From the NCBI GenBank assembly GCA_018239895.1, contig JAFEGL010000003.1, positions 418,212-482,211 on the forward strand: a stretch of 64,000 nt of DNA, in the 5' to 3' direction. This document shows positions 9,614 through 20,585 of this stretch, piece by piece. The position numbers were made by a program, and so were the translations under genes. A model generated the notes under the pieces. It saw only the letters and a list, made by a program, of their open reading frames with translations, was not told where the DNA came from and made no database searches. The first letter of the stretch is position 1, and every line of letters starts with the position of its first letter. This DNA is from Verrucomicrobiota bacterium. GTDB taxonomy: Bacteria; Chlamydiota; Chlamydiia; Chlamydiales; SM23-39.

Positions 9614-10519
9614 TTGCCCGAATCTGAAATCTACGAGAAAACACTCCAAACCAGCGTTACTCTTTCAGGAAGTGGTCTTTTTACCGGTGAAAAAGCGACG
9701 ATGACTTTGTGTCCGGCTGCCCCAAAGACCGGGATTGTATTTCAACGAGTCGACCAACCAGGAAAACCTGAAATCCCCGCAAGTCTTCAATATGTCAAGG
9801 AATGGCCCCGATGCACGAGGCTGATCTCTGAGAATACAGGCGTCCAAATGGTGGAGCATCTCCTCTCTTCTCTTTCAGCATACGGCATTGACAATCTCCG
9901 GATAGAATTGACAGGTCCCGAGATCCCTTCGTTAGACGGAAGTTCCCTGCCTTTTGTTGAAGCGATTGAAAAAGCAGGGATAAAAATCCAAGATACGAAG
10001 CGGAGATATCTTAAAATTGAAGAGCCAGTTTACTGGTCGGAAAATGAAGTCCACCTGATCGGCCTCCCCTCAGATCAATTCCAGATCAGCTACACACTCC
10101 ACTACCCTCAAGCCGCGATCATAGGATCTCAATATTTCGCATTTTCTCTCACAGATCCTCATGAATACAAAAAAGAGATTGCCCCTTGCCGAACCTTTTC
10201 TCTTTACGAAGAGATCGCCCCCATGATCGAAAAAGGCTTTTTGAAGGGAGGGGGATTAGAGAATGCATTAGTGATCAAGGGTGGCAAAATCATGAATCCC
10301 GATGGAGCCCGATTTTCAGACGAAATGGTGCGTCATAAAGTTCTCGACTTGATTGGAGATCTAGCTCTTATCGGAATGCCCATTTTAGGGCATGTGATCG
10401 CCATTCGCTCCGGCCATTCGAGCAATTTGGCATTTGCCAAAAAGCTGCTGAAGGGCTACCTTTCCCGTGAGGAACATTCTCACGGTTTAGAAAATTCATA
10501 CCTTGTGGAGAGTCGTTAA
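9614..10519 (+). CDS. lpxC: UDP-3-O-acyl-N-acetylglucosamine deacetylase
   Basis: TTG start. SGSGLFTGEKATMTLCPA, VEHLLSSL and HKVLDLIGDLALIG, SGHSSN motifs. Confidence 0.9.
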   Translation: MPESEIYEKTLQTSVTLSGSGLFTGEKATMTLCPAAPKTGIVFQRVDQPGKPEIPASLQYVKEWPRCTRLISENTGVQMVEHLLSSLSAYGIDNLRIELTGPEIPSLDGSSLPFVEAIEKAGIKIQDTKRRYLKIEEPVYWSENEVHLIGLPSDQFQISYTLHYPQAAIIGSQYFAFSLTDPHEYKKEIAPCRTFSLYEEIAPMIEKGFLKGGGLENALVIKGGKIMNPDGARFSDEMVRHKVLDLIGDLALIGMPILGHVIAIRSGHSSNLAFAKKLLKGYLSREEHSHGLENSYLVESR

Positions 10520-10981
10520 ATGGCAGAAAAACCTTCTGGCCAAGTCTTTAGTGCAAAAGAGATCGAGAAGATTTTGCCTCACCGATACCCATTTTTGCTG
10601 GTCGACCGGATTATTTACATCAACCTCGAAGAAAACGAAATCATCGGACAGAAAAATGTCACGGTGAATGAGCCGTTTTTTCAAGGACATTTTCCTGGAG
10701 CTCCCATTATGCCCGGCGTGCTCTTGTTGGAAGCTTTAGCTCAAACTGGCGGAGTGCTTGTCCATCAGAAAGGCTATGATAAAAAGATCGCGGTCCTTTT
10801 GAATGTCACCGCTGCTAAATTCCGCAAACCCGTAGTGCCAGGAGATGTCCTCCATCTCCATGCAAAAGGACTTCACATCAGCGGAAATGGAGGAAAAGTC
10901 AAGGCAAAAGCCACTGTCGGCGATCAGCTTGCAGTTGAAGCTGAGCTGAGTTTCGCATTAGTAAATAAAGAACAACTTTGA
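10520..10981 (+). CDS. fabZ: 3-hydroxyacyl-ACP dehydratase
   Basis: [13 protein letters not shown] and [26 protein letters not shown]. Confidence 0.95.
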   Translation: MAEKPSGQVFSAKEIEKILPHRYPFLLVDRIIYINLEENEIIGQKNVTVNEPFFQGHFPGAPIMPGVLLLEALAQTGGVLVHQKGYDKKIAVLLNVTAAKFRKPVVPGDVLHLHAKGLHISGNGGKVKAKATVGDQLAVEAELSFALVNKEQL

Positions 10982-10991
10982 ACGGAATCGC

Positions 10992-11831
10992 ATGTCTAAT
11001 ATTCATCCTCATGCCTATGTAGAACCGGGAGCGAAAATCGGCAAAAACGTCACGATCGAGCCTTTCGCCGTCGTCAAAAGTACGGTGACCTTAGAAGACA
11101 ACGTTGTCATCAAGTCGCATGCTTACATAGACGGCTATACGACAATCGGCGAAGGGACAATTATTTATCCCAGTGCTAGCATCGGAACAAAAACGCAAGA
11201 TTTGAAGTACCGAGGCGAAAAAACTTTTGTCATCATCGGCAAAAATTGCGAAATCCGCGAATTCGTCACGATCAATTCCTCATGTCAGGAAAATTCTACT
11301 GTCAAAATAGGCGATAACTGCCTAATCATGGCCTATTGCCATGTGGCCCACAATTGTGAAATCGGAAATCGAGTCATCATGTCCAACAGCGCCATGCTAG
11401 CCGGACATGTCATCGTAGAAGATTACGCCATCATCGGCGGCATGACGCCAGTCCATCAATTTTCCCGAATCGGCAGCTACGCGATGGTAGGAGGGTTTTC
11501 TCGTGTCCCTCGCGACATTCCTCCCTACACAGTCGGCGGCGGATTCCCCTACAAATTTGGTGGCGTAAATATCATTGGTCTCAAAAGGCACCGTTTCCCG
11601 CTCGAAGTGAGATCCGCTCTCAGCAAAGCTTTCAAAATCACCTATCGCCTTGGCCTTCGGTTAGAGGACGCTATCCGCGTCATCGAACAAGAAGTAGAGC
11701 CGCACAAAGAGGTGGCTCACTGGATCGATTTCTGCAAGACCTCCAAACGGGGCCTTGTCGGCCTGCAGGGTGTGACAAAACGCTCATCTGATTCTGAAGG
11801 CGAAGGCGAAGACGAATTTCTAGACGAATGA
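10992..11831 (+). CDS. lpxA: Acyl-ACP:UDP-GlcNAc O-acyltransferase
   Basis: Left-handed beta-helix hexapeptide repeats, [15 protein letters not shown], and its position after fabZ. Confidence 0.9.
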   Translation: MSNIHPHAYVEPGAKIGKNVTIEPFAVVKSTVTLEDNVVIKSHAYIDGYTTIGEGTIIYPSASIGTKTQDLKYRGEKTFVIIGKNCEIREFVTINSSCQENSTVKIGDNCLIMAYCHVAHNCEIGNRVIMSNSAMLAGHVIVEDYAIIGGMTPVHQFSRIGSYAMVGGFSRVPRDIPPYTVGGGFPYKFGGVNIIGLKRHRFPLEVRSALSKAFKITYRLGLRLEDAIRVIEQEVEPHKEVAHWIDFCKTSKRGLVGLQGVTKRSSDSEGEGEDEFLDE

Positions 11832-12748
11832 AAGTAATTTTTTTTGGAACGCCTGCGTTCGCTTCGGAGATACTTAACCATCTTCTTTTCCATCATGTGC
11901 CAATTGCAGCTGTTGTGACTCAGCCCGATCGCCCCAAAGGCCGATCGGCTGCATTGAACCCTTCGCCTGTGAAGCTAGTGGCAGAGCAGGCGGGCATCCC
12001 TATTCTCCAGCCCGAAAAATCCTCTCAAGAAACATTTTTACATGAACTAGTTCAATTCCAAGCAGACCTTTATGTCGTAGTAGCATTCGGCCAAATTTTG
12101 CCTCAAAAATTACTTGATTTGCCCCCTCTAGGATGCATCAACGTCCATGCTAGCCTCCTGCCCTCATATAGAGGAGCTGCTCCAATGCAGAGATGTTTAA
12201 TGGATGGAGTAACTGAGACGGGAGTTTGCGTTCAAAAAATGGTTCGGCAGCTTGATGCCGGAGACGTTATTGCTGAAGCAAAAATTTCAGTGCCTGTCGA
12301 AAGAACTTTTGGCGAATTACAAAAAGAACTTTGCGACCTATCAAAGTCTCTCCTTCTATCGGTCATCCACCAGTATGAGAAGGGAATTCCCGATGCAAAA
12401 CCACAGGACTCATCCCTTGTCACAATGGCTCCTAAAATTGAAACGGAAGAATGTGAAATCGATTGGACCTGGCCCGCTGAAGAAATCCATAATAAAGTGA
12501 GAGCGCTCTCTCCGAGGCCTGGAGCTTGGTGCTGGATAGAGATAGATGGAGAGAAAAAAAGATTAAAAGTTTTACGCACCAAAATCATCCCAAAAACGGG
12601 ATCAGTAAAACAATTTTCACTTAAAGAAGGTCTTATCTTTTGTGGCCAAGAAGCTATTCAGCTTATAGAGATTCAGCTTGAAGGGAAAAAGGCGATGCCT
12701 GCTGCCGACTGGCTCCGCGGTTTAAAATCTTCTCCTCAACTCACTTAA
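11828..12748 (+). CDS. fmt: Methionyl-tRNA formyltransferase
   Basis: [23 protein letters not shown] and [15 protein letters not shown]. Confidence 0.9.
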   Translation: MKVIFFGTPAFASEILNHLLFHHVPIAAVVTQPDRPKGRSAALNPSPVKLVAEQAGIPILQPEKSSQETFLHELVQFQADLYVVVAFGQILPQKLLDLPPLGCINVHASLLPSYRGAAPMQRCLMDGVTETGVCVQKMVRQLDAGDVIAEAKISVPVERTFGELQKELCDLSKSLLLSVIHQYEKGIPDAKPQDSSLVTMAPKIETEECEIDWTWPAEEIHNKVRALSPRPGAWCWIEIDGEKKRLKVLRTKIIPKTGSVKQFSLKEGLIFCGQEAIQLIEIQLEGKKAMPAADWLRGLKSSPQLT

Positions 12749-12850
12749 AATTTATCTATGCTTTACAAATACTCGTCATCCTCTTATCCTTTCCGTGATT
12801 TTTAAACAAACCAATCACGAGATTCAGTAAAAAATTGAGGAGCAGAACGT

Positions 12851-13789
12851 ATGTCAGGGTCAGCAAGTTGGGTCGATAAAAGCACTCAAACCAGGTATTT
12901 CATACAGCCAAATAAAGAATATTACAACACGGGAAAAAGTGGACCGTCCGATATCCAAAGAGTCGACGGATCTCTCTATCTTCGTGCCGCAGCCCCGATT
13001 GAAAGCTCAGTTTCTCCATATAGCCACTTCGAAAAATACATCGTAACCACCAACGGGTTGTATCAATTTACCAAAGGTACACTCCAAACCATGGGCGCTG
13101 CTATTGAAGTCTTTAAACCGACTGGCGAAGCTGCAAAAATTTTAGATGGAGCTAAAGGTTTTCTTGGCGCAGGGAAAAGTTTTCTAATCCTCCCTCGGAT
13201 CGCAAATACTGTAGCATCTGTGGCTCAGCTGAACTCTAACAGTGACTGGCTGGATAGAATTCACGATTGGGTTGAAATGGTAGGTTCAATTATCACAGGA
13301 TGGATGATTGTCGCTCCTATCTTTGGAAAAACCGCACCAGGTGCTGAAATTGCATCGCCAATCTGCGATCTAGTCTCGGATGGAATTGAAGCAGGCAAAA
13401 ATACAAAGAAAATTGTTGATCACACTAAATTGATCAATAAAATGGAGGCCGATAACGCCGATCCAGCTCTTGTCAATAACGCGAAAGATGAGCGAAATGT
13501 CAGCATCTTCAAAACAATCAAAGGGGTTGCCGCTGTATCCATCGCTGTCTTTGCCCTTTTGGCATTGGCCCTTGGAGCTCCCGTTGTCCCAGCTATCGTA
13601 TTGTTGATCGTCGGTCTTGTTCAGACGGTGTTTACAATCACGGCACACTTCTATGAAAGGACGCGCGCTACGAACCTTACAAAAGAAAATTATGTAGCAG
13701 ATCCAGAAGTTCTCAGGTCAGCAAAACTGTTGCCACGTTGGCAAGATATGATGAGCTCAGCTTCGAGCATGGCTTCCGCGACTGCATAA
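12851..13789 (+). CDS. Hypothetical membrane protein with a bilobed hydrophobic domain (Inc-like)
   Basis: Residues about 224-266 (nt 13520-13648), GVAAVSIAVFALLALALGAPVVPAIVLLIVGLVQTVFTITA, form two adjacent hydrophobic lobes. There is no N-terminal signal peptide. The gene lies between fmt and rplC. Confidence 0.55.
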   Translation: MSGSASWVDKSTQTRYFIQPNKEYYNTGKSGPSDIQRVDGSLYLRAAAPIESSVSPYSHFEKYIVTTNGLYQFTKGTLQTMGAAIEVFKPTGEAAKILDGAKGFLGAGKSFLILPRIANTVASVAQLNSNSDWLDRIHDWVEMVGSIITGWMIVAPIFGKTAPGAEIASPICDLVSDGIEAGKNTKKIVDHTKLINKMEADNADPALVNNAKDERNVSIFKTIKGVAAVSIAVFALLALALGAPVVPAIVLLIVGLVQTVFTITAHFYERTRATNLTKENYVADPEVLRSAKLLPRWQDMMSSASSMASATA

Positions 13790-13800
13790 ATTTCATTAAT

Positions 13801-13823
13801 GGGTGGAAGGCAACCTTCCACCC
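13801..13823 (+). terminator. Perfect 10-bp GC-rich hairpin after the Inc-like gene
   Basis: gggtggaagg-caa-ccttccaccc lies 12 nt after the stop at 13789. No clear U-tract follows, so it may act as a terminator, attenuator or RNA stabiliser. Confidence 0.4.
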
Positions 13824-13835
13824 TATAGTATCTCA

Positions 13836-14333
13836 ATGAATCGGCCCTCTCTAAATATATCTGAATGGCTAGTTATTACTTTATTTCTATCCCTCATGGT
13901 CGCAATGGCCTTGATTTCCAAACTATCCTCAGCTAAAGCGCAAGAAATAATCGTTCTAAATCATAAAGAAGATTCTGTAAAAATCGAAATATCAGGTGAA
14001 GTCCATAAGCCTGGAATCTATGAGTTTGAGGCAGGGGTCACTTATGCCGAAGCGCTTAAAAGAGCTAGGCCCAAGCGATTTGCCGATGTTTCAAATCTAA
14101 GGCTAGAGGATGCTGTACAGGGAGCGCGGATTATCGTTCCTGGCTTAGAAGCGATCCGCATTCGAGTGAGCGGAGAGGTGAAGCAGTCAGGCGAACTAAT
14201 CGTCCCTGTGGGAACTCGAGTGTGCGACCTCAAATCAAAAATCGAATTGACGGCAGAGGGGGATCCCAAAGTCTTTTCACGCCGTAAAATTCTAGCCGAT
14301 GGCGAAAAAATTCAAGTCCCGAAGAGAAAATAA
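13836..14333 (+). CDS. Membrane-anchored protein with two SLBB (ComEA-N/polysaccharide-export type) domains
   Basis: The ATG at 13836 is preferred over the GTG at 13803, which sits inside the hairpin. TM segment WLVITLFLSLMVAMALI, then ISGEVHKPGIYEFEAGVTYAEALKRA and VSGEVKQSGELIVPVGTRVCDL repeats. No helix-hairpin-helix DNA-binding tail is present. Confidence 0.6.
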   Translation: MNRPSLNISEWLVITLFLSLMVAMALISKLSSAKAQEIIVLNHKEDSVKIEISGEVHKPGIYEFEAGVTYAEALKRARPKRFADVSNLRLEDAVQGARIIVPGLEAIRIRVSGEVKQSGELIVPVGTRVCDLKSKIELTAEGDPKVFSRRKILADGEKIQVPKRK

Positions 14334-14660
14334 TTGTGCTTAAGTGCCCAGTTCCTTATGATTCCTTCGGATACATGATTATCCTCGTCCGAAATACGGA
14401 CGTACGATCCTAGTCTCCGCATGAGGGATGCCCCTCTAGCGGACAACGAATGCCACCCCCAAGGCAACCCTGGAGCCTGGTGGGTTAAGCGCGTTAATAG
14501 AAGCCTAGAGATAAAAGTTGATCGAAAAGCTTAAAATCGATTAAACTCTTGGCTTTATCATTTTCGGTTAGCTAGTGGCTAGCCGACGCGTTTGAATCCT
14601 CGGTGCATGTAGTTAAGACTGCGTATCCGAATGAACTACTGAGATGTAAAAGGAAAACCT
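14334..14660 (+). promoter_or_regulatory. Long (about 327 nt) non-coding leader and promoter region of the ribosomal-protein superoperon
   Basis: No credible ORF. Several local hairpins are present: ggata-catgat-tatcc, gtccg-aaata-cggac, gaggg-atgc-ccctc and gctag-tgg-ctagc. It lies directly upstream of rplC. Confidence 0.4.
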
Positions 14661-15296
14661 ATGTCGCTGACATTCATTGGCCAGAAAAAAGGGATGGCTC
14701 AGGTCTTCGATCAAGATGGAAAACTCGTCGTTTGCACGGTAATTTTGGCTGAACCCAATACCGTCGTGCAAATCAAGCGCAAAGAGTCCGATGGATACAA
14801 TGCGATCAAATTGGGCGGACTGCGCATGAACAAATCGGAAGCTGCCCGGGCGAAAAAGCCTCACAAAGGCCAGTTTACCAAGACGCAGACCGAACCATGC
14901 CGAGTCCTCCGCGAATCGAGAATCGAAGAAGTCGATCAATATCAAATAGGCCAGCAAATTGATGCCGGCGTATTTACAGACGTTAAATTTGTCGACGTCG
15001 AAGGTGTATCAAAAGGGAAAGGTTACCAAGGGGTTATTAAGCTGCACGGTTTCGCCGGCGGCCCAGGCGCCCACGGTTCCGGATTCCACCGCCACGCTGG
15101 ATCTACAGGTATGAGATCTACGCCGGGTCGCTGCTTCCCGAACGGAAAGAGAGCTTCCCGCATGGGCGGAGACCGCCAAACGGTCCAAAATTTACGAGTA
15201 GTTGCCGTAAAAGGAAATATCCTCCTCGTTGAGGGAGCTGTTCCAGGTTCGCGCAGCGGCATCGTCTACATCAGAAAAGCTAAGAAGCGCGGATAA
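14661..15296 (+). CDS. rplC: 50S ribosomal protein L3
   Basis: MSLTFIGQKKGMAQVFD and KGKGYQGVIKLHGFAGGPGAHGS. Confidence 0.95.
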   Translation: MSLTFIGQKKGMAQVFDQDGKLVVCTVILAEPNTVVQIKRKESDGYNAIKLGGLRMNKSEAARAKKPHKGQFTKTQTEPCRVLRESRIEEVDQYQIGQQIDAGVFTDVKFVDVEGVSKGKGYQGVIKLHGFAGGPGAHGSGFHRHAGSTGMRSTPGRCFPNGKRASRMGGDRQTVQNLRVVAVKGNILLVEGAVPGSRSGIVYIRKAKKRG

Positions 15297-15307
15297 AGGA
15301 GTAGATT

Positions 15308-15949
15308 GTGGCAACGCTTAAAAAATTCGATATATCTGGGAAGGAGATCGGTTCGATTCAAATCGACGATCAGCTTCTCGAAGTCTCTGCTCATTCGCAA
15401 ATGATCAAAGATTACATTGTAGCGATTCGGAATAATGCCCGTCAGTGGTCCGCAAGTACGAAAGGCCGCAGCGAAATCAACCGAACCGGCAAGAAGCCCC
15501 ATCCTCAAAAAGGGCAAGGCCGCTCCCGTCAAGGTTGCTTGGCAGCTCCCCAATATAAAGGCGGGGGAATCGTATTTGGTCCTAAGCCGAAATTCGATCA
15601 ACACGTCCGGATCAATAGAAAAGAGCGAAGAGCCGCGATTCGGTTCTTGATCGCTGAGAAAATCAAAGAAAATCAGATCAGAATCTTGGATCAAGGTGCT
15701 TTGAAAGAGCCTAAGACAAAGAAAGTTGTCGGTTTCTTCGAGCAAGTTCAGATCGGCAATCGAAGAACTCTCGTTCTAGGACAAAGCGGTGGAACTCTCG
15801 CGAATGAAAATTTCGTGAAGAGCCTCCGAAATATCCCGAAAAAAGAGTACATGGTCGTACCTCAAGTGAACGGATACGAACTAGCGCGCTGTCAAGAACT
15901 CGTCGTTCTAGATTCTGCATTAGATGAACTACTGTCGATGTTAGGTTAG
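15308..15949 (+). CDS. rplD: 50S ribosomal protein L4
   Basis: GTG start 7 nt after aaggag. TKGRSEINRTGKKPHPQKGQGRSRQG is the L4 signature region. Confidence 0.95.
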   Translation: MATLKKFDISGKEIGSIQIDDQLLEVSAHSQMIKDYIVAIRNNARQWSASTKGRSEINRTGKKPHPQKGQGRSRQGCLAAPQYKGGGIVFGPKPKFDQHVRINRKERRAAIRFLIAEKIKENQIRILDQGALKEPKTKKVVGFFEQVQIGNRRTLVLGQSGGTLANENFVKSLRNIPKKEYMVVPQVNGYELARCQELVVLDSALDELLSMLG

Positions 15950-15959
15950 GCAAGGAAAT

Positions 15960-16289
15960 ATGAATCCGTATCAAATCATTAAAAGCCGTCGCGTTACCGA
16001 GAAGTCTCGAGTGTTGGAAAACCTCCAGCATGCAACGAGCAACCCATCGGTAAGCCGCTGCAAATCTCCTAAGGCTGTGTTCGATGTCCATCCAGATGCG
16101 AATAAAACGCAAATCAAGATGGCTGTTGAGCAAATATATGCCGGAAAGAAAGTAAAAGTTGTCTCTGTGAACACCGTCACCGTAGGCTCGAAAAAACGTC
16201 GAGTCAGAGGCTTTCAAGGAACGACATCTGCCTATAAAAAGGCGGTCGTCACCTTCCGCCCCGGCGATGCAATCGACGAGTCAGTGTAA
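15960..16289 (+). CDS. rplW: 50S ribosomal protein L23
   Basis: IIKSRRVTEKS and KTQIKMAVEQIY, plus operon position. Confidence 0.9.
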   Translation: MNPYQIIKSRRVTEKSRVLENLQHATSNPSVSRCKSPKAVFDVHPDANKTQIKMAVEQIYAGKKVKVVSVNTVTVGSKKRRVRGFQGTTSAYKKAVVTFRPGDAIDESV

Positions 16290-16299
16290 GGAATAAACT

Positions 16300-17121
16300 A
16301 TGCCGAAGACATTTCGACCAGTAACACCCGGCCAAAGAAAGTTGGTTCAACCCAGCCTTCATGAACTTTCTCCATCGGATAAAGCGATCCCAAAATCGCT
16401 GATGGAGCCAAAGAAGAAGAAGAGCGGGCGCAACCACAACGGCCATATCACCTGTCGCCACAAAGGCGGCGGCCACAAGAGAATGTACCGTCTGATTGAC
16501 TTCAAGCGGGACAAGGAAAACATTCCAGCGACTGTCGAATCGATTCAATACGATCCGAATCGCTCCGCCCACATTGCGCTTCTAAGCTATAAAGATGGCG
16601 AAAAAAGATTTATTTTGGCGCCGCAAGGCCTGAAAGTAGGTTCATCGGTTTCGACCAGTGACGAGCCTCCTTTCCAAATCGGCTGCTGCATGCGCCTCAA
16701 ATTCATGCCCCTCGGTTCTGTGATCCACAACATCGAGCTGAAACCTGGTAAAGGTGGACAACTCGTCCGCTCAGCAGGCTTGTCTGCTCAGCTCTTGGCT
16801 CGCAGCAACGGCTATGCGACGATCCGCATGCCATCCGGCGAAGTGCGCATGATCAACGAAAGCTGCAGAGCCACCTTTGGCGCTGTATCGAACTCTGAGC
16901 ATAACCTCCGCGTAATCGGTAAAGCGGGCCGCTCTCGCTGGCTGGGGATTCGTCCTACAGTCCGGGGCGTCGCGATGAACCCGGTAGACCACCCGATGGG
17001 TGGTGGCGAAGGCCGAGGCAAAGGGAATATCCCTCAGTCACCTTGGGCCCAATTTGCGAAAGGTTACCGTACGCGTTCGAATAAGAAATCGAGAAAATGG
17101 GTTGTAAAGGAACGAAGGTAA
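16300..17121 (+). CDS. rplB: 50S ribosomal protein L2
   Basis: [19 protein letters not shown] and [14 protein letters not shown]. Confidence 0.95.
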   Translation: MPKTFRPVTPGQRKLVQPSLHELSPSDKAIPKSLMEPKKKKSGRNHNGHITCRHKGGGHKRMYRLIDFKRDKENIPATVESIQYDPNRSAHIALLSYKDGEKRFILAPQGLKVGSSVSTSDEPPFQIGCCMRLKFMPLGSVIHNIELKPGKGGQLVRSAGLSAQLLARSNGYATIRMPSGEVRMINESCRATFGAVSNSEHNLRVIGKAGRSRWLGIRPTVRGVAMNPVDHPMGGGEGRGKGNIPQSPWAQFAKGYRTRSNKKSRKWVVKERR

Positions 17122-17125
17122 TTTC

Positions 17126-17422
17126 ATGGGAAGATCTCTAAAAAAAGGCCCCTTTGTCGATCACCATTTAATGGCGAAAGTCGACAAGCAAAATAAAGAC
17201 GGGGCAAAAAAAGTCATCAAGACCTGGTCGCGACGTTCCATGATCATCCCTGACATGGTTGGGCACAGCTTCGATGTTCACAACGGTAAAAAATTTATCA
17301 CTGTTTATGTCTCTGAAAACATGGTTGGACACCGACTTGGAGAGTTTTCTCCGACGAGAACCTTCAAAGGCCATCCAAAGAAGACAGCAGCAGCAACTCA
17401 AGCAGCTAGTGGAGGCTCATAA
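17126..17422 (+). CDS. rpsS: 30S ribosomal protein S19
   Basis: [15 protein letters not shown] and [32 protein letters not shown]. Confidence 0.95.
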   Translation: MGRSLKKGPFVDHHLMAKVDKQNKDGAKKVIKTWSRRSMIIPDMVGHSFDVHNGKKFITVYVSENMVGHRLGEFSPTRTFKGHPKKTAAATQAASGGS

Positions 17423-17763
17423 TGCAATTCGCTAAAGCGATCACGAAATATGTGCGCATTTCCCCGCGAAAAGCCCGCTATGCTGCGGACTTGATCAGAG
17501 GACTGACAGTAGAAAACGCCACGCTGCAGCTTATGTATAGCAAGCTGCGCGGCGGTAGACTGATTAAAAAGACGTTGGACAGCGCTGTAGCGAACGCAGA
17601 GACCCTGTTGGACGCTCGCAGAGAGACGTTGAAAGTTCACGAAGTCCGAGTCGATCCAGGACCGATTTTGCGAAGAGCAAAAGCTAGAAGCCGTGGATCA
17701 TCTGTACCTGTAAACAAACGGACAAGCCATTTCACGATCGTCCTTACGACTGGAGAGAAATAA
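17422..17763 (+). CDS. rplV: 50S ribosomal protein L22
   Basis: VRISPRKARYAADLIRG and VDPGPILRRAKARSRG. Confidence 0.95.
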   Translation: MQFAKAITKYVRISPRKARYAADLIRGLTVENATLQLMYSKLRGGRLIKKTLDSAVANAETLLDARRETLKVHEVRVDPGPILRRAKARSRGSSVPVNKRTSHFTIVLTTGEK

Positions 17764-17766
17764 AGT

Positions 17767-18423
17767 ATGGGACAAAAAGTTTCACCGATTGGATTTCGCC
17801 TGGTACGCCGTAAGAAGTGGCTCTCTACCTGGTTTGCAAACAAGCAAGAGTTTGGAAGCATCATAGGCGAAGATAAGAAAATTCGAGACTACCTCATCAC
17901 TAAGCCTGCTTGCCAGGGAGCTTCCCGCTTCCAGATTAAGCGGATGAGCGGAAAAATCGAAGTGACGATTCATACAGCACGCCCCGGTCTCGTGATCGGC
18001 AAAAAGGGCGCTGAGATCGACGTCCTCAAAAACGATTTGAGAAACCTGACCGGCAAAGAAGTTTGGATCGAAGTCGAAGAGATCAAGAGACCAGACCTCG
18101 ATGCAAAGCTTGTCGCAGACGGGATCGCCAAGCAGTTAGAACGCCGCATCCCATTCAGAAGAATTCTGAAGAAAGCGATGCAGACGACAATGGACGCCGG
18201 CGCAGCGGGGATCAAAGTACAGGTCTCTGGCCGTATCGGCGGAGCTGAGATCGCGAGGGTAGAATGGTACAAAGAAGGGCGTATTCCGCTCCATACTTTG
18301 AGAGCCGACATCGACTTTTCGCAAGGCCGCGCTGAGACAACCTATGGTTCCATCGGCGTAAAAGTTTGGATCAACAAGGGCGACGAAGTTTTAGTAGCCC
18401 CTAAACCAGCAGCTGGGGGTTAA
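17767..18423 (+). CDS. rpsC: 30S ribosomal protein S3
   Basis: [14 protein letters not shown]-domain [14 protein letters not shown], and [10 protein letters not shown]. Confidence 0.95.
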   Translation: MGQKVSPIGFRLVRRKKWLSTWFANKQEFGSIIGEDKKIRDYLITKPACQGASRFQIKRMSGKIEVTIHTARPGLVIGKKGAEIDVLKNDLRNLTGKEVWIEVEEIKRPDLDAKLVADGIAKQLERRIPFRRILKKAMQTTMDAGAAGIKVQVSGRIGGAEIARVEWYKEGRIPLHTLRADIDFSQGRAETTYGSIGVKVWINKGDEVLVAPKPAAGG

Positions 18424-18428
18424 TTCAT

Positions 18429-18848
18429 ATGGCATTGAGCCCAAAGCGAACAAAATATAGAAAGCAGCAAAAAGGCAAAATGACTGGCCTTTCGAAAGGC
18501 GGCAACTTCGTCGAATTCGGCGAATTTGGCATGCAGACAATTGACCGCGGCTGGATTACGGCTCAGCAAATCGAAGCCTGCAGGGTAACGATTAGCCGAT
18601 ATTTCAGCAGAAAAGGGCAAGTCTGGATCCGCATTTTCCCTGATAAGCCAGTATCAAAGAAACCGGCAGAAACCAGGATGGGTACCGGAAAAGGCGCGCC
18701 AGACCACTATGTTGCGGTCGTACGCCCAGGAAGAATCCTGTTTGAAGTAGGTGGAGTCACCCGTGAAGAGGCACAACAAGCCCTCCGTCTGGCCTCCGCT
18801 AAATTGCCAATCAAAACAAAGTTTGTCGATCGATTGGAGAGAGTATAA
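18429..18848 (+). CDS. rplP: 50S ribosomal protein L16
   Basis: [14 protein letters not shown] and [24 protein letters not shown]. Confidence 0.95.
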   Translation: MALSPKRTKYRKQQKGKMTGLSKGGNFVEFGEFGMQTIDRGWITAQQIEACRVTISRYFSRKGQVWIRIFPDKPVSKKPAETRMGTGKGAPDHYVAVVRPGRILFEVGGVTREEAQQALRLASAKLPIKTKFVDRLERV

Positions 18849-18850
18849 CT

Positions 18851-19057
18851 ATGGCAAAGAAAAAGAAAGAGATTGTGGACCTTTCCATCGACGAATTGAA
18901 AGCGAAAGCAGCAGATCTAGATCGAGAGATTTTTGATATGCGCAACGAGCTGGCTCTCAATAGAAAAATTGAGAAGCCTCATTTGATCAAATCGAAGAAG
19001 AAAGAGAAGGCTCGCATTTTAACGATTATGACCCAAAAACAAAGGGTGGTCGCATGA
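18851..19057 (+). CDS. rpmC: 50S ribosomal protein L29
   Basis: 68 aa with [21 protein letters not shown]; operon position between rplP and rpsQ. Confidence 0.9.
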   Translation: MAKKKKEIVDLSIDELKAKAADLDREIFDMRNELALNRKIEKPHLIKSKKKEKARILTIMTQKQRVVA

Positions 19058-19305
19058 GCACACAAGCGAGAGGAAAGCGCAAAGAAAACATCGGAGTCGT
19101 CATCTCCAATAAAATGGACAAGACGGTCATCGTAAAGGTTACTCGTAAGATGAAACATCCGAAGTATGGAAAAATCATCGAACGCTACATGAAGTTTTAT
19201 GCTCATGATGACAGCAATACGGCCCAGATCGGACAGAAAGTCCGCATCATGGAAACAAGGCCGCTCTCTAAACTGAAAAGATGGCGTGTAGTCGAGGTGC
19301 TTTAA
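19054..19305 (+). CDS. rpsQ: 30S ribosomal protein S17
   Basis: [29 protein letters not shown]. Confidence 0.95.
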   Translation: MSTQARGKRKENIGVVISNKMDKTVIVKVTRKMKHPKYGKIIERYMKFYAHDDSNTAQIGQKVRIMETRPLSKLKRWRVVEVL

Positions 19306-19306
19306 T

Positions 19307-19675
19307 ATGATTCAACAAGAAACCGATTTAGAAGTAGCTGACAACACCGGCGCCAAGCGAGTACGCTGCTTCAAAGTGCTTGGCGGCACGCGCAAACGTT
19401 ATGCCAAGGTCGGCGACATCATTGTCTGCTCGATCAAGGAAGCGGATCCAAAAGGCGCTGTCAAAAAAGGGGAAGTCGTAAAAGCCGTCGTCGTTAGGAC
19501 GAAAGGCTACATCCGTAGACAAGACGGATCGATGCTCCGATTTTATGACAACAGCTGTGTGATCATCGATGATAAAAACAACCCTCGGGGAACTCGTATC
19601 TTTGGACCCATTGCCCGCGAAGTTCGCGACGGCGGTTTTGTCAAGATCAGTTCGCTCGCACCCGAAGTAATTTAA
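19307..19675 (+). CDS. rplN: 50S ribosomal protein L14
   Basis: [27 protein letters not shown]. Confidence 0.95.
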   Translation: MIQQETDLEVADNTGAKRVRCFKVLGGTRKRYAKVGDIIVCSIKEADPKGAVKKGEVVKAVVVRTKGYIRRQDGSMLRFYDNSCVIIDDKNNPRGTRIFGPIAREVRDGGFVKISSLAPEVI

Positions 19676-19688
19676 GAAGAGGGGAACC

Positions 19689-20021
19689 ATGAGCAAATGG
19701 ATTCGTAAAGGCGATCGAGTTTTAGTCGTCGCTGGCAACGATAAAGGTAAAACCGGCGAAGTCATCGGCAGAAGCGAAGACCGAGTCGTCGTGCAAGGTG
19801 TAAATGTAAGAAAGAAGCATTTACGCAGAACCCAGCAGACGCAGGGTGGACGCATCGTGGAAATGGAATGTCCAATTCACATCTCCAACGTAAGCATCTG
19901 CACAAAAGAAGGAAAACCCGTCCGCCTTTCAGCGAAAGTGAAAGCAGATGGAGAAAGGGAGCTGATTTACCGCGAAGGCGGCAAAGAAGTAGTCTATCGT
20001 TCGGTTAAGAAGCCGGCATAG
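19689..20021 (+). CDS. rplX: 50S ribosomal protein L24
   Basis: KOW motif [21 protein letters not shown]. Confidence 0.95.
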   Translation: MSKWIRKGDRVLVVAGNDKGKTGEVIGRSEDRVVVQGVNVRKKHLRRTQQTQGGRIVEMECPIHISNVSICTKEGKPVRLSAKVKADGERELIYREGGKEVVYRSVKKPA

Positions 20022-20034
20022 AATCGAGGAGAAC

Positions 20035-20568
20035 ATGTCGAGATTAAAACAAAAGTTTAAAGATGCCATAGTGCCAGAGCTCATGGAGCGCCATCCGGAA
20101 AGAAACGCGATGGATACGCCCTCTCTGAAAAAAATCGTAATCAGCATGGGTCTCGCAGATGCCCTGAAAGATAAGAATGCTCTCCAAGAACATAGCGACG
20201 AATTGGCGCTGATCAGCGGCCAAAAACCCGTTGTGACCCGTTCGAAGAAAGCGATTTCGAATTTCAAGCTCCGCGAAAATCAACCGATCGGTTTGATGGT
20301 GACTCTTCGCGGCAAAATGATGTACGATTTCTTGGATCGATTTTGCAATATCGCATCCCCCCGTATTCGCGACTTTCGCGGATTCAATAAAAAAGGGGAT
20401 GGACGAGGAAGTTACAACTTCGGAATTTCCGATCAGCAGATTTTCCCAGAAGTCAATTTAGACAAAGTGAAACGAGCGCAGGGGATGAATATCACCATTG
20501 TGACGACAGCTACGAACGATGCAGATTGCGTCGAGTTGTTGACGCTGCTCGGGTTCCCCTTTAAGTAA
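20035..20568 (+). CDS. rplE: 50S ribosomal protein L5
   Basis: [16 protein letters not shown] and [21 protein letters not shown]. Confidence 0.95.
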   Translation: MSRLKQKFKDAIVPELMERHPERNAMDTPSLKKIVISMGLADALKDKNALQEHSDELALISGQKPVVTRSKKAISNFKLRENQPIGLMVTLRGKMMYDFLDRFCNIASPRIRDFRGFNKKGDGRGSYNFGISDQQIFPEVNLDKVKRAQGMNITIVTTATNDADCVELLTLLGFPFK

Positions 20569-20585
20569 GATGGAGATGAAATAAC

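Noticed and set aside
14334-14660. The leader region considered as RNase P RNA, tmRNA, SRP RNA, 6S RNA or a tRNA.
   Set aside because: I could not find the conserved cores (GAGGAAAGUCC for RNase P, a tRNA-like end with a T-loop for tmRNA, or the SRP domain IV motif). It remains only a candidate structured leader.
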